A stretch of DNA of 60,161 bases, counting the filler, from Sphacelaria rigidula (taxonomy: Eukaryota): assembly GCA_964200075.2 (NCBI GenBank). It is 7 parts of 7 records of this genome, joined end to end, with 100 filler letters (N's around TTAATTAATTAA, not from the genome) between each part and the next. Parts side by side here need not be neighbours in the genome. Positions count along the whole stretch, not along the records: positions 1 to 8,510 come from CAXNAA020010931.1; positions 8,611 to 17,119 come from CAXNAA020010932.1; 5 more parts are not named here. One strand, 5' to 3'. The notes beneath the pieces are model-generated. The model did not search any database. It worked only from the letters and a program-made list of their open reading frames with translations, and had not been told where the DNA came from. Made by a program: the position numbers and the translations under genes. Of this stretch, positions 1-13,124 are shown piece after piece; the stretch's first letter is position 1; each line of letters opens with the position of its first letter.

Positions 1-117
1 CCCCCCCGGGCTGGCATGCATGATCATGAGTACACCCCCCCCCCCCCACGCGCATCATCCGATTGATCCGCCATTCCCGCTCTCTTGCGCTCCTGTCTTT
101 TTTTTGTCGTGATTCAG

Positions 118-219
118 GAGTTGGAGGTCGAGTGGGAAGGTGTACGAGATTTGTCGTCGATAGCGCGGGGGCTGACGGATCATAGGTCGATAGTACGGCT
201 CAACCTCACACATAACCAG
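118..219 (+). CDS. RI-like leucine-rich-repeat protein, internal exon (gene 5'-truncated at contig edge)
   Basis: Pyrimidine tract and CAG acceptor at 115-117, GT donor at 220. 34 codons, ELEVEWEGVRDLSSIARGLTDHRSIVRLNLTHNQ, containing the LxxLxLxxN motif. Confidence 0.85.
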
Positions 220-603
220 GTGCGGCGTAGGTGTACTACGTGGAGGGAATTTCGGCAGACGACGTGGCAGCTTCGTGTAGGGGGGCATTATCCTGTGGTT
301 TGGGAATGACGACGGTCACTATGCGGCCCTTCGTCCTTGAATCTGTGGTGCCGTAGGTGAACCATTTCATGGTAGAGGTAGGGAAATGGTTGCCCAGAAG
401 AAGGGATTTCGGGAGTTGAAGGTACACCGACTTGGTCGTGTAGTTGCTTTTTGACTGGGTCAAGCGCCGTCAAGCTACTGACATGCCGTTCAATATCGAG
501 ACACGAAGACAGTTCTTGGTGTTTTTTGCTGCCCAATGCGAGAGCTTAACATGGCTAGTTCTGGGTGTAAAATGGTCAAACTCCCCCCTCCTTCCCCTCC
601 TCC

Positions 604-997
604 CATCGCTCGCAGTGGTAAAACCAGTAAATGAAGGGTTACATCATTTGAGGCTGTCATCCCTTTGCAGGATGATCATTACGCTTCGGACCGAAAAATC
701 GCAGCAGGATGTAGGTCACCCTTTATGCGACTCGCCGAACATATTACGGTACTTCGTGCCTGGTGATGGATTGCGAGCCTTGTGCGGCGAAAATGCTGCG
801 TGCTTCGTCCCGGCTTTGTAGGGACTCGAGGTCAAAGATCACACGACTACGGCATACAAAGTCATGAGTACTTCCCCCCCCCCCGCCTTCCCCCTGTCCG
901 GCGAAAACCCGGCATGCTCCGTCCTGGCTTTGTAGGTATGCAAGGTCAATGATCGCATGACTACGGCATGCAAGATAATGAGTACCCCCCCACCCCA
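604..997 (+). mobile_element. retroposon (SINE/LINE-tail-like) family A fragment with duplicated 3' end
   Basis: Ends in ...ATGAGTAC plus a C-run twice (about 865-884 and 978-997). The same tail is at 12-48, and homologous sequence is at 34960-35535 and 25625-25728. Confidence 0.6.
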
Positions 998-2462
998 TGA
1001 TTTTGTTTGTACGTGAGGATGGAATTTTGTCGTGCTCATATATATACATATTTTTTAATCGTTTTTGGTTCTCTAGTAAGCGCGAGTCGGATTCGTTTTC
1101 AGGCAAACATGAGGTACTTTATATTGCCGTTTTGTACCTCGTGCGGAACCCATCACGTATATTGCTGTGTACACGACTGGTATAATTTTATCCAGAAGAA
1201 TAAGTATCGTCATTACTATCATTACATCCGTCACATGAGCACCACCTCTCTCTCGAACCCGTGATCTTAGTGCAAGGAGCGTACCACCCATACCCATAAG
1301 TCGAACAGCCCGCAGGGGGAGGCGAGAAACAAAATATTTGACGAATAAAGGCATGTATACTACGAACGATCCGTGTAAGACTGATTGAACCACAGGAGAC
1401 CTACTGGAAGCCAAAAAGTCCCGGCGTACGACCGACCTCTCCGACTACCTTGCCACGTACTGGTGTATACACAGAAGTAGCAGCGAGTAAGCCGGTAATC
1501 GAACTGTTGAGTAGTCTCCGGTGCGCAAGCTCTACAGAGGATATCGTTGAGCAGTGTAAATGATGAGGATAATGTCAACCCGCCGTGATGACGCTGAGGT
1601 AGATTTGCCCCGTATGATGCAAATGTCGTCCTACAGGTTTGCGAAGCGTCGGTACTTGTACGAGTATGATCTGCTGGATATAACTTGGAGAGTGGTTGCT
1701 TTGCTCCCTGTATGGTCAACACACTCTTGCAGTCGGCGTCATAAGGCACCATTAAATAAGCCGATAGGCCCGGAAAGTCTGGTTTGACAACGCTGCACAA
1801 GTCTAGCGTTTCTTCATGTGTTCCCACACTTTCGAGATACAAGAAATACTAAAAGGAACAATAATCAGGCGTTCAAGTATTGGGTTCATCAAAATCACAC
1901 TTTCAACCCATCACAAACCCGGCCCGCTGACAAGATATGTGATGTGGATCTAGGCTTGAACTCGTGATTTGGGGGGGAGGGGCGTTGATGGAATTAAATT
2001 GTTGCTCACATAACTACGTTGTATAGGGATAAGTGTGCTCACGACGATTGAATCCTATTTCGTACGTCGTTGTATTTTATTCTCCTTTTTTTTTTTTTCA
2101 AATCTCAGGCTCAGTTTCTGTCTCGTGTACGTTTCCTAGTAGCGGACTGGATCTTGAGTGACTGATTGATGCATTGATTCGCTGTTGCCCAGTAACTCGT
2201 TAACTCGTCCTTTAGCGAGTGCCTCCATTTTATGTACCTTGACCACGTCCACTTTGCTGCCACACAATCAATCAACTGACTCATCTGCGACAAAGTCAGC
2301 TGTGGTCGAGAGATACACCTACCCAGTTGAGAAAACGGAAAGGTTGGCTGAAATAAACTCGAACAAAGGCACATGTCATACGTGAATATGAGGCGGAAAA
2401 AGGGTAAGTGAGAAAACCCGGCACGCTGTAACATCTCTCTTGATATACATTTCATGTTCCAG

Positions 2463-2621
2463 ATTGGGCCGCGAGGGGCGGCACAGCTGGCGAAGGCTCT
2501 CCAACGAAATCGCTCGTTGACGGAGATAGACTTGAGAGAGAATCAGCTGGGGCCAATGGGAATGAAGGCCATTGCGGACGCCCTCGCTCACAACGACAGC
2601 ATACGAACACTACACTTGCAG
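2463..2621 (+). CDS. RI-like LRR protein, exon
   Basis: ttccAG acceptor, GT donor, phase 0/0. IGPRGAAQLAKALQRNRSLTEIDLRENQLGPMGMKAIADALAHNDSIRTLHLQ shows 28-aa RI/NLRC3-type repeats. Confidence 0.92.
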
Positions 2622-2927
2622 GTGTTGTTTCCCGGCTGTGTGCTATGTTCGGGGTAGGATTCGATGGCTTTTGCTGAGTTCGGGAGAGGGTGCGCGTTCT
2701 TTTGCGCTCTGTGGTGTTCGTGAAACTCCCCAGTACCTACAAACGCGCAATGCCCTTCCGTCATCCTTGTTCGGCGCTTTAGTTAGATGGTGGGAGATGA
2801 AGGTGACGTTTTGTCGGCGGTGATGAATCTTTGGCTCGCTTCGGTTTGGTTTGCTGTCTTGCGGCGGTGCAGCGGGGGGACTGTTGATTTTTTGAACCTG
2901 GCTCTTATCAACTTTTGCTTCTTCCAG

Positions 2928-3020
2928 GATAACGGGATTGGAGACGAGGGCGTGATTGACATGACGGAGGCGTTGATGCGGAACGGGCGCTTAAGAACCG
3001 TGTGCTTAGACGGCAACCAG
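2928..3020 (+). CDS. RI-like LRR protein, exon
   Basis: cttccAG acceptor, GTATTT donor. DNGIGDEGVIDMTEALMRNGRLRTVCLDGNQ continues the repeat register. Confidence 0.92.
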
Positions 3021-4220
3021 GTATTTGCATGGTTGGATGCTGTCGGGGGCTCCAAAAATAATCTTGTGCAGTGGGGAGTTGGTGATGGTGTTGTAGCCAA
3101 CTAGGCTGCAGCTGGGTCGTCTCGAGGGAAGGGATTGTCGCGGTTCACGGGGTGTCCGTCCGTTGCAGTTGACCATTGGTCTCTCTATCGCTATTGAGTA
3201 GTATGGATCATGACAAGGACCAAGGCCACTTCTGGTGGAAACGTCATTTTTTCTAGTTTCGGTTTTTGAAACGATCAACAGCGTTTTGGCCCTTCAAACC
3301 AGGAAACACATGGCCGCTGTATGTTTCCCTACGCTGTGCATAGTAGCGTTGAGATGGCTCAAACTTGTGTGATTCGCTCGATTCGGGTCTTGCAATCGAC
3401 CGACCGCTTGCAATCAGACCTGAAAACAATGTGGTCTGTGATGCGGTAGCGGAAATATATCGGCGTTACCTGAAAAGGGCTTTGCAGTTCCGGATGCATT
3501 TTTGGCAACCGAACCACGCGGACACTGTAGCTGACCAGCCCCTTTCTGTGAGCATTGCCTCCGATGTCTACGTGGCGTGTGTCTCGTGGTTCTCCCTCCA
3601 CCCCTGACGTATGTGCATGGTTTCTGTGCTTCACCTCTGGGCCACATGTGACATCTGACACCCCAGGCGTTCCACGAGTAAAAATCTTGACTATGATCGG
3701 AAACGGGCGTTTCGACTTCGCGAGTTGGGTGTGCTATGTGATGACCTCAATCGCGTCCAGAGTGTCGTTGCGACAGCCTGTCACGTGTGACGGTTGATAT
3801 CATCTGTGTTGTTTCTGTGACTTCAGTAACGTGGTAAACTGATAGCAACTTGCCGCCGATTCAGCAGGCGCTGTTGCTTCAGTGCGTATCGTCTGGTATA
3901 TCAGGGTGGAGCGGTTTTTTTGTTGAGTGTGAATGTTAGAGGGTGCGCCGGAGGCCGTGGAGGTGACGAGCATTGCCAGCAAGTTGAACCGTGTGGGACT
4001 GAAATGTGTTGTTAGTTTTTCGGAGAGAATCAATTGGAATTTATCGCGGCATCTTGAGTGTGTCATAGCACATGGGCGTGACGAACTGAATTTAACTCAG
4101 ATACACGTTTCATTTATTTTTTATTTTTTCGGAATTCAATTTGTGTATTTAGCGTTCACTTGTTTTCGAGGGAGTGCGTTAAACCTGTGAGCGATCGAAT
4201 GAAATGCTATTTTCGTCTAG

Positions 4221-4384
4221 GTGAGCGCCGAGGGAGCGAAGGTGATCTGTATCGCCATCAAGATGAACCTGGCCCTCAAGCTGCTGAGCTTGTCGCGAAA
4301 CGCGTTGCCGGACGATTCAAAGAGAGCCTTGTACGATGCGTGGTCCCAGCGAGAGATGGATGGGGTACAGGACAACAGCGGAAT
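4221..4384 (+). CDS. RI-like LRR protein, exon (last LRR and cap)
   Basis: tctAG acceptor. VSAEGAKVICIAIKMNLALKLLSLSRNALPDDSKRALYDAWSQREMDGVQDNSG, then GTGAGA donor (phase 2). If unspliced it stops at TGA 4386-4388. This frame is not in the ORF track. Confidence 0.8.
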
Positions 4385-6249
4385 GTGAGACGAAATATTT
4401 GCCTTGAAGATGATTCCTGGTGGTGCTGCTGTAGGATTGAAAAAAACGTTCCATCAACATGTTCGTGATGCTGTGTGGTAACGCTTGCGGGTATTCGCGC
4501 CTCTATTTTAATCCTTCCATTTTCTCTGTGCAGCCGCCAGCAGCGTCGCTCGTAAGTGCTGGTTTGTCGAAAGCATCTTCACGTACGTCCAGGACATGTA
4601 TACTTCGTTTGTCTCATTAGTCAGGGTACCTGAATTTGTACGGGCCCTCAACCGTGTCTGATCTGTTTTTCGATTTTTTTGTTGAAACCTTCGGTGCTTT
4701 TGGAGTAAAGAAATTTTTTTTCCCAGCCGGTACTTGCACCATGCGGCCGAACGACCAAAACAAAAATCAGTCGGCCCCAAAATGGCCGTATTTCACGCCT
4801 TTCCTGAGGGAAAGAATGTCGAAAACCATTATCGCCATTGCGTAGCGGCGACCAACCGATATCTCGGCGCCCCGTTTGCAAGGTGGGGGTGTGGTGGGGG
4901 GCGAGTCCATCGCGAGAATGGTGTAGTGGGCAGGTAGGGTAGTAACTTTGGACGCTTTTGAGAATTTTTCGAGAATTCTCAAAAACATTCTCAAAAAATA
5001 TTCTCCAAAATACCCCCAAAACAGGCCAAAATTGGACTTATTTCAATCCTTATTAGGTGAAGGGACAGAACCCCGTTTTTTTTCGTTCTCTGGCTTCGTC
5101 TTTGTTTTATCTTTCTAACGAACCCGACTATACTATCCTCACTAAACACGGTTGTACCCAGACAACGTATTGCTCATAGGTACCCTGACTCATGAGACGG
5201 AGGAAGTAGGGCGTGACAAACGCCGGCGGTCGAAGTAGTTGGCAGTAGCGCTTGCGAGTAGTCCGGTAGTAGATTTCATCCGCTCGCCGCTCGCCGCTGC
5301 TGCTGAAAGTGTTGAAGAACGACTTCGGCATTTACTATTTGAGCATGTATGGCGTGTGCCCTCCCATTATAGGACGAGAAGTAGGTGCAAGAGTAGTGGA
5401 ATGAACCTGGAACATGATCCGAAGTCTCGTGGGGGAGGGGGTCGATGAAATCACGCTGAAGTTTGTGCGAGAAACGGAAACCTATGTATAGTATTTGTAT
5501 ATCCACTTTAATATTTTTTTGTGAAGACGGGAGGTTATTGTACTCTGGTACTACGACTTCGATCAGCTTCGGAACGGATTTGAGGTTGAAGATTGACTTA
5601 GCAGCTCGGTTTTGAGAGTTATGCCTTCACATTCGGTATGGAGAGCATCCTGGGGGCATAATAATATTAACACACACTGCGAGATATCGACTTTTTTGTT
5701 TCACGAGTTACGGAATTGAATAGGATATCACTTTTTCATAAAAGCGTCCTCAAGAGTACGCTCTAGAACCATGTTACGGTTCGCGAAGTGCAGCGCAATC
5801 ACTTTTATACTGGGTTTAGAATGCTGTGGCCCGAATCTTGAGTTCTGGAGTCTAAGACGACGTATCTACAGCAGCAGTACAGGACAAGGGATCCGAGGCC
5901 GAAGATACTGCAGATGAACCATGGGGGGGTGCATAGCGTCAGGGCGGTGTCGCAACAGCCCGTTCACGGACTCGGTTCACAACAAACGTTATTGAGGATG
6001 TCACCAACAAAGCAGCGAAGCTGCAGTCATTCACACAGCAGCAGGATTGTTACTGCATCGCTCCGCACTTTCGCGGCTTCGTAAACACAACCGTAAGAGC
6101 TAAATAAGCTATGTGGGTGTCCTAGGGACGTACTAGGGCCGTTGGTTCCCGAGAGAGATTGTTTGCAGCCCTTACTTTCAGGTTTCACATGTGCCTCTGC
6201 AGCGTCCCGGTGTGAACCCCCCCCGCAGCGTCCGTCTCCTTCCGTGTAG

Positions 6250-6640
6250 GGTAGGTGGACATCCAGCAAGTGATGAAACAGAGGGCATTTTGGCATTCGC
6301 GACGTATGCCCTTCCGTCCCCGCGACCCTCACGACGCAACAGGTTTTTGGATCAAGCAGCGACAGGCACTGCGGCAGGCAGGGGGCGATGGGAAAATGGC
6401 ATGCTGATCGAGGGTGTGTTGACCAGCACGTCAGGGAATAACCTAGGCTTCGAGCCGGGAGGTGGGGTGTTGGTGTCTCCCACACGAGAAGAGAGGGCGG
6501 CGAACACCGGCGGCATCAGCGCGAGTGCAGCCGGAAATGGTACGGGCCGCAGTGGTGGGGGCAGCGGGGGATTGTTGCCCAAGTTTTCTCCTGTCAACGA
6601 TACTTTCGGGAGGAAAACCTTGTATTGGAGTGCGAAGTAA
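6250..6640 (+). CDS. probable terminal exon of the LRR gene (Gly/Ser-rich low-complexity tail)
   Basis: Acceptor ctccttccgtgtAG is phase-compatible with the donor at 4385 (AT+G = ATG). Open to TAA at 6640 (...GLLPKFSPVNDTFGRKTLYWSAK*), followed by UTR-like sequence. Intervening exons cannot be excluded. Confidence 0.55.
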
Positions 6641-8510
6641 AAGTAGGCTCCCCTGTTGATGATTTCTTTGGGGGAAAAACTCGTATTGTGGCGTGCAAAA
6701 CGAGCAGCAATATTGCATGTACATTTCAGGGGCGATGGGGGCACCCTATCAGTCAGAGATAGCTCGTTGGGGGGAATGGGGAGGGAGTGGGAGGGGTATA
6801 GTCTAGGTAAAAGGAGGAAGAGGTAATTTTCGTGGTATACATGAGACAACAGGCAAATTTGGTACATGAGACAGGCGAAAATCGACAACATGATATTTTT
6901 TGGCGTGTGGGTACTACGTGCGTGTGATTCTGTGGGCGTTTGGGTAATTTTTTTTTTGTGGAGAATGGCCTAGATTTCTACTGTAGCTTCTGCTTTTGTT
7001 TGCCGTTTGGCTGGCTCCTGTTATATTTTGTCGGCCTTTGATGTTGTCCTTCTTTGCTCGGCCTCCTCTCTCGAGGGTGTAATTGCTGCGTTGGGTTTGT
7101 GTACCGTGCCGTGCTGTCGTGATATTTCGTGTCCCTTTCTGTGGTGGTGAAACAAGAGATCTGATCAATTCCGCTGTTTTGTTCCTTTCTCGGTTTTTGA
7201 TGTCTAGCGTTGCTCGTTCTTTACTCCAGCGATGTCACGCCTGTTGCAAATTTACGTGCAGATTTAGGGGACAGGGGCTAAGAGTCGTTCACTGTGTGAT
7301 TTGTTGTTGGCCGTGTTGGTTGATGTTGTCCCAAGCTTGTGTGTACAAGTATGCTTACATAGTATATAAATACTTAGTGGATCCGACAAAGCATTTGATT
7401 GTCGTCTAGTGGTAGATCCAACCGCGTAGTAGTCCTCCCTTCCCGTTCCTGCTGATAATCCACGAAGTATGGGGCAATTTCTCCACCCTTTCTGACCTCT
7501 CAGATGTCAAATGAATCGTTTTCTTCTATTTTTGTTTTCTCCTCTTTTTTGTGGTGTCACTCCTTTTTCTTGTCCCTAGCTGTATCTAGAACAAGGCGGG
7601 TTTACGCGAAGCCGTCGAAACAAATCCATCGTTGAACACATGATGTATTTGTTCAACCATGATGCTAACCCTAACCCCAACCCAAATCCCGTCACCAGGC
7701 AAACTGAATACCCTCGGGCAATGAGGGTACGTGCCGCGCACGCTGGGCGAGTCACCGGGAGTTCAGTCAGCGTGCTATTCCCAACCTGCATTTTTTTATC
7801 GTTGCTATTTTGCTGTGGATACATGTGAGATGAACTTTTATGGTACCCGTTCAAACTCAAAACTGCGCTCGGTTTTGAGCAACTTGTGCCGAAAAAAAAA
7901 GTTTTGAAGCAGACTTCAGTTACGCTTTTGAACACAAGTGGTCCCAACCAGTTTGAATTTCGGCCAGGGCGTTGTCTAGTCAAAATGGGCACCCCATTTT
8001 GACCGCCCGAAACAAGATTAAGGAGTTATTTAACATCGGGTAGACAACGACAGAGTACCAAGAAGTTCGTGCCATCAGGAACAAATACTCTTCCTAGGTA
8101 CGGGTCCGAAAACGGAAATTCGGGTGTGGCTACCGATCAACTTCAGGCAGGTAGCTCTGGGTCGACGAAGACATGCGTCCAGGACATCGTCCTTGTCATT
8201 GAAAGCTTGCAAGAGGAGAGAGATGATTTTGTTCGAACGACGATTGGGGGTTAGCGGCGGTGCCAAACCAAGAGATGGAGACGGTGACTTTGTCTCTCTT
8301 AGTATCCTGCACTAGAGGCCTCTGTGTGCTGTTATCAGTCAACAGTGGATCCTAGAAAATGGGGTTCATGCAAAAAATGAGGTTGGAGTAGCATTTATCT
8401 TTTGCAGGGAAGACGCGAACACTGGCGACTGAGCGAAGCCATCTTCCCCCCCAAATGTCCGCAGCAGTTAAGCAGCTGTGGCTGGGTGCACCTAACGAAT
8501 GCGGTGTACA

Positions 8511-8610
8511 NNNNNNNNNNNNNNNNNNNNNNNNNNNNNNNNNNNNNNNNNNNNTTAATTAATTAANNNNNNNNNNNNNNNNNNNNNNNNNNNNNNNNNN
8601 NNNNNNNNNN
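8511..8610. other. artificial contig spacer
   Basis: 44 N + TTAATTAATTAA (stops in all six frames) + 44 N. Confidence 0.99.
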
Positions 8611-8795
8611 AATATTTGGTTTTTTGTGGGGGGGGGAAAAAAAAGTCATTCGACAACCCGGACGAAAAAAATTTCCCCCCCCCCCCCCCCCCCGCGCCCC
8701 CCATTCATCGGGGTACTCTGCGTTCTTGTCGGCAATCAGTGCTTGTGCTCACTTCCTGTCCTTTCGCCCCTCCTTTCTTTCCCTTCGCCTAACAG

Positions 8796-8990
8796 AAACA
8801 ACCATCGGTATCTACCTTGGCAGCCTACGATCTCATTTTCCGGAGGCATCCGGACGTGACGCATCTTCGGCTTTTGTCCTACCGCTTCATGCAACGGTTA
8901 CGTGCCAGTGCAAACAGGAATGAGAGTTTGGAGCAGTTATGGCGCCGGCCGATTGCTCCGCGACCTATTTACAGTGAGGCCAAGTATCTG
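8796..8990 (+). CDS. O-fucosyltransferase-family protein, first visible exon (gene 5'-truncated)
   Basis: Pyrimidine tract and aacAG acceptor, GTGAGT donor. 65 codons, KQPSVSTLAAYDLIFRR...PIYSEAKYL, joining in frame to IYQPQFGMGNQ. Confidence 0.8.
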
Positions 8991-9368
8991 GTGAGTCTTT
9001 TCGAAAAAGTAGAAGGAGGTCTGGCCTGCTTTCTCCGACGCTAGCGGTAGTGGCATCTCCCGTCGTCCCACGCATTTGGAAAAGTACATGAAAGTGTTCA
9101 CGTCGGATATTTGGGTGTCTGAGAATTGAGCGTGATTTATTTTGTTCCTCTCTACCACGGCACGTTCGCGTTGAAGCAAGCACTTTTGCGGAGCGTGTTG
9201 ATGTTCGATTGTTTTATTGCCGTCCACACCTCCCCTCCTTTGAATTTTTCATGTCCGAGCATCAGTGTCTCGATATTGCAACATATGCCACGTGCTGCAC
9301 AAGATCATGACCGCGTGTTGTGTGCCTTGCCCGCACATGCCGACGTTCGATGGTTGTCAATGGGACAG

Positions 9369-9489
9369 ATATACCAACCACAGTTTGGAATGGGCAACCA
9401 ACTTCGTGCTTTAGAGGCTGGACTAGCGGTCGCGAGGGTGCTGAAAAGAATACTGGTGGTTCCAGATTACATATCGGACAACGGGGAAG
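9369..9489 (+). CDS. O-fucosyltransferase-family protein, exon with N-terminal GxGNQ motif
   Basis: IYQPQFGMGNQLRALEAGLAVARVLKRILVVP matches the O-FucT (POFUT1/2-like) N-terminal motif. CAG/GT boundaries, phase 1 end. Confidence 0.9.
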
Positions 9490-10986
9490 GTGGGGTGCTG
9501 GCTCACATCTGTGTCGTGTCGTGTGCAACCTACACTGTACCTGTTTCTGTGCGCGTTACGGTCCAAGTACAAGGCTCGAGTGGTGCTCGACTACCAATAT
9601 TTGCACTCGAAGATACATGTTAGCCCTAAACACCCAACAGTGGTTACAATGAGAACGATATCTGGAAATTTCTATAACGTTTGGGCAAGACTGAGTACTT
9701 TGAAGTATCTACAGTACTCATTCTATAGATAATTACTTTTCACGTAACGACGGGATGGGACGGGATTGGGAGTGTGCCCCGAAAAAACAGGATGGAATGG
9801 GCGCTTTTCTCGTTGCCTGAAATAGTAACGGGTCCGTCTTGTGAGATCCCGTCTCGGGCTCACGGTATAGGGTGTATCAACATCCTAAACCAACCGTGTC
9901 AAAAGCAGACTTTTCTACAGAACTTCGCGTTGATTGTTGGGCGTGCGAACAAGGTAACCAGCAGCGCTAATTGGAGGCGTGGCTGTGATTGTTGATGTCA
10001 CCACACGTCTCTCCCGACTTCCGTAGTGTGCTGCTCCTTATCAGAACGGTCCATCTCAACACTGCACTGTACATGAGTGCTGCAAACTGCCAAGTAACGA
10101 GCTCAAACGAGTGTGTAATTTTTGCATGTAAGTCGGCGCAGATGCAAGTTGCATATACTATGTATTAGTCTGAGCTCTCAGTCCATCATTAAACACACCA
10201 CATTGTCGTGCATTATTTTCCTGCAACGAATTGGGGCGTACGCACTTCCACGGCTCGTTGATAGTACAGAACAGTACTAACTACTGCACTATCTATGATT
10301 GTACTGTGCTCCATCTCTCACTGAGATATAACTTCAATATCACATCTGCTTAAAGGGATGTCCCGTGAGAACTGGACGGGCGCAGGAAAACTGAAAATGT
10401 TGGAAACGGGACGGGACGGGAAGCGTGGTCATGAAATTTCCTCAGCCGACGATTGCCCCCCGGGATTCCCCTCCCGTGAAAAGCCCTGAAAATGATGCGC
10501 CTACTACTTGGAGTAAAATAGCGTACTGTACTGAGTGCCCAAGGGTATCCGGAGCATTGACGGCCGAAGTTGCTGTGTACCTGGAGTTTGAACACCTCAA
10601 AATTCTGAAATCGTAGTCTCCCTCACCCTGATGATGTGAATGATCCACCTTCGTATCTTGAATCACCTTATGTGTACCAAGAAACTGAACTGTTGGTGGT
10701 GAAAATGGCGTCTAGTGAGGTTGAGTTATTCTTCCGTTGAGCGATGCGCATGGTACGCATGTCAACATTCCTATGCAGAAGGGGTGCGTCAACACCTGTG
10801 AGATTCACACTTTTGTACGTGGTGTATACGTTTGTGCCTGCTTTTCCGTGTGCACCCTCCTGGCGTTGCTCCTGAGGATATAGCGCTCCGCCCCCTTCAG
10901 GATGCCGGGACCTGTACACCACCGATTGAGGTTGCCGAACATGACCCCCCTCCCCTCTGACCCACGCAACTAACCTCCCGCTGCAG

Positions 10987-11102
10987 GAATTGGGGTGCGT
11001 TACGATGCAATTTGGGAGTATGGATTCCTTGAGGAGCTGGTGGGGCGAGACAATGTTATCCTCCAAGCAGACTTCAATCAGCTGCTGACTAGCGATCAAG
11101 GA
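10987..11102 (+). CDS. O-fucosyltransferase-family protein, exon
   Basis: ctgcAG acceptor, GTGAGT donor, phase 1 to 0. (G)IGVRYDAIWEYGFLEELVGRDNVILQADFNQLLTSDQG. Confidence 0.8.
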
Positions 11103-11696
11103 GTGAGTTTTCATCATGACTCTTGTGGACTGCTGGTACAGTAGCGAAGCCGTCGAGTGCAGTCGTCGTCAGACTCTACGCGCTGCTTGCCTGCAAACAA
11201 GCTGGGTTCAAGCTGTGCGTACTCGTGTGTGCCTTTGCTCTCTTGAGATATACGCACCTCGCTCCGTGTATCGTCACGTGTGCTCGCTGCCCTCGGACGA
11301 AGTCCAGACTCGGTGAATCTCGGTTGCAGTCAAAGACAGCCGAACTACCAGATGTGCCATGGCAGGTACAACAACAGATATACTCAGTGGTTGGTGAGAA
11401 AAAATGAGGTAAAGTGTAAAAATGCCTCGTCGAAAGCTCCATGTGGCCAGCAAGAAGTCTGAGCGCTGGCAGATGGGGGATGTGAAATATGCGAACTCAG
11501 GATCCTGCAGGACGCCCGTAGAACACCTGGCCATCTATTTTTCCCACCGCAGAAGACAACAATATAGTCCAACCAACCAGCCATTCCCTGTGTATTTCAT
11601 GTTTGGTGAGCATATTGTATGTCCGTCCGTTGGTTTGTTTCTCATGCTATGCAACCGATCCAATCTATTCGAATATATGTTGTCTCCACCCGGCAG

Positions 11697-11801
11697 GGTG
11701 TTGATCCTCCGACGAAAGTGTTCGTGGCGGATATGCCCATCAAGCAACTCACGGGAATCGATGAGTATTTCAAAAGGCTGGGTTGGGGAACACTGCCCCA
11801 G
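11697..11801 (+). CDS. O-fucosyltransferase-family protein, exon
   Basis: ggcAG acceptor, GTATGT donor. GVDPPTKVFVADMPIKQLTGIDEYFKRLGWGTLPQ, phase 0/0. Confidence 0.8.
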
Positions 11802-12258
11802 GTATGTATTCCGTGAGCATGAGTAATTTAGCAGCAACTGGTAACTCCGATTTCGTCCGACTTTTCGTTTCCTAAACAGGGGAAGGGTTGGTGAGCGTAT
11901 CCCTGCATCAAGCTATGATTCCGAAGGTACTAACCAGTAGGGACGATTTTTCGTGTAACGTACGCTCGAGATGGGCAACGCGAGATATATAACTAACCCG
12001 GAAGCTGGATATGTTGAACGATTCCGTGCTCCGCTTTCGGCTATTCGCCTTGTGCGGCTATTCCTTCTGTCTACGCGCCGTGGTCATTGTAGTGCAGTCT
12101 TCGGTTGTGAATTTACTTCAAAATACTAGCTTCAGCAAGCGCAATCGTCTTTTCCCCTGATTAGCTTCTCCTTGCTTACATGAGCGGCATGCGCGCGGTG
12201 AGTAGAACGCCAATCGTCCTCCTTTGCTATTTTTTACGCCATGATTCCGTGCTCCCAG

Positions 12259-12360
12259 ATCAACTTACCAGTGGCCAATACTACCGAGGCCGGCTGGAGC
12301 GAGATCGTGGGCTTAGAAGATCAGGTGCTCGCTGTATCCGCCATGTTCGGCATGTTTCAG
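12259..12360 (+). CDS. O-fucosyltransferase-family protein, exon
   Basis: cccAG acceptor, GTAAAC donor. INLPVANTTEAGWSEIVGLEDQVLAVSAMFGMFQ, phase 0/0. Confidence 0.8.
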
Positions 12361-12810
12361 GTAAACGGGGGTCAGGTTGGGCTCGCCTCCACGCAACATG
12401 TGGCTTGTATTGTCCAACGTTCCGACGGTATTCAATATTACTTCTTGTATTTACCCAGAAATCGCACCAGTAAAATGCAACAAAATGGTTTATAATCCAA
12501 TAATAGCGCATGTTTGAAAGCAAGTTACGGTGGTGGTGACAATCAGAATCATTATTGCCATCTCTCTTCGTTGAGCATGACGAATTTCATTGATACTATT
12601 CACACTCGTGCGTTACTTAACAAAGAACAGGTATCTACCGTCTTCGATATTTTCCGCACACATGGAGAGCACTTCAATATCTACCTCACGCTGTCAATCC
12701 TTGAATATTTGCCGCATGTACATCAACGTGGGCGTGTTTTGGGACTGTATTGAAAGTGAAAGTCTTCGTCGCGTGTCCACTGATGTATCTGTATCTGCTC
12801 GCGTAAAAAG

Positions 12811-13124
12811 GGATGGTCGGAAGACTCCCATGCTGGAGGTGAGCACTGGCACCGGATGGTGAGGCTGCACGTTTCCGAGGAGTCCACCTGGCTGCATGAC
12901 TTCGTCGAGGACATTCTCACTCGCTTCAAATCGAAGGCCGCAGACGCAAGTGTGAATAAAGGGAGGGGAGAGGCTGCGGGGAGCAAGCACGGCACAAGCA
13001 AGCACAATGAAGCCAGAGGTGGCGGCGAGACCGAACCCGAGACGGAATTTATGTGCGCTCACATTCGGCGGCAAGATTTCGAGGCCTCGTGTGCACGCTA
13101 TGATGAGGAGTTCCAAAGTGGAAA
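12811..13124 (+). CDS. O-fucosyltransferase-family protein, exon with HxRRxDF motif
   Basis: AAG acceptor (start less certain), GTGCGT donor (phase 2). Contains FMCAHIRRQDF, the conserved GDP-fucose-binding motif of O-fucosyltransferases. Confidence 0.85.

Noticed and set aside
1360..1842. 160-aa minus-strand ORF inside the LRR intron
   Set aside because: No recognisable motif or splice support. It may be TE debris but cannot be assigned.
4385..4388. In-frame TGA overlapping the splice donor as a regulated short isoform
   Set aside because: GTGAG donors in phase 2 create this automatically (the same occurs at 55421), and there is no evidence of regulation.
8555..8566. TTAATTAATTAA recurring every ~8.6 kb as a biological periodic signal
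   Set aside because: It is always centred in a 100-bp N spacer and is a six-frame-stop assembly linker.
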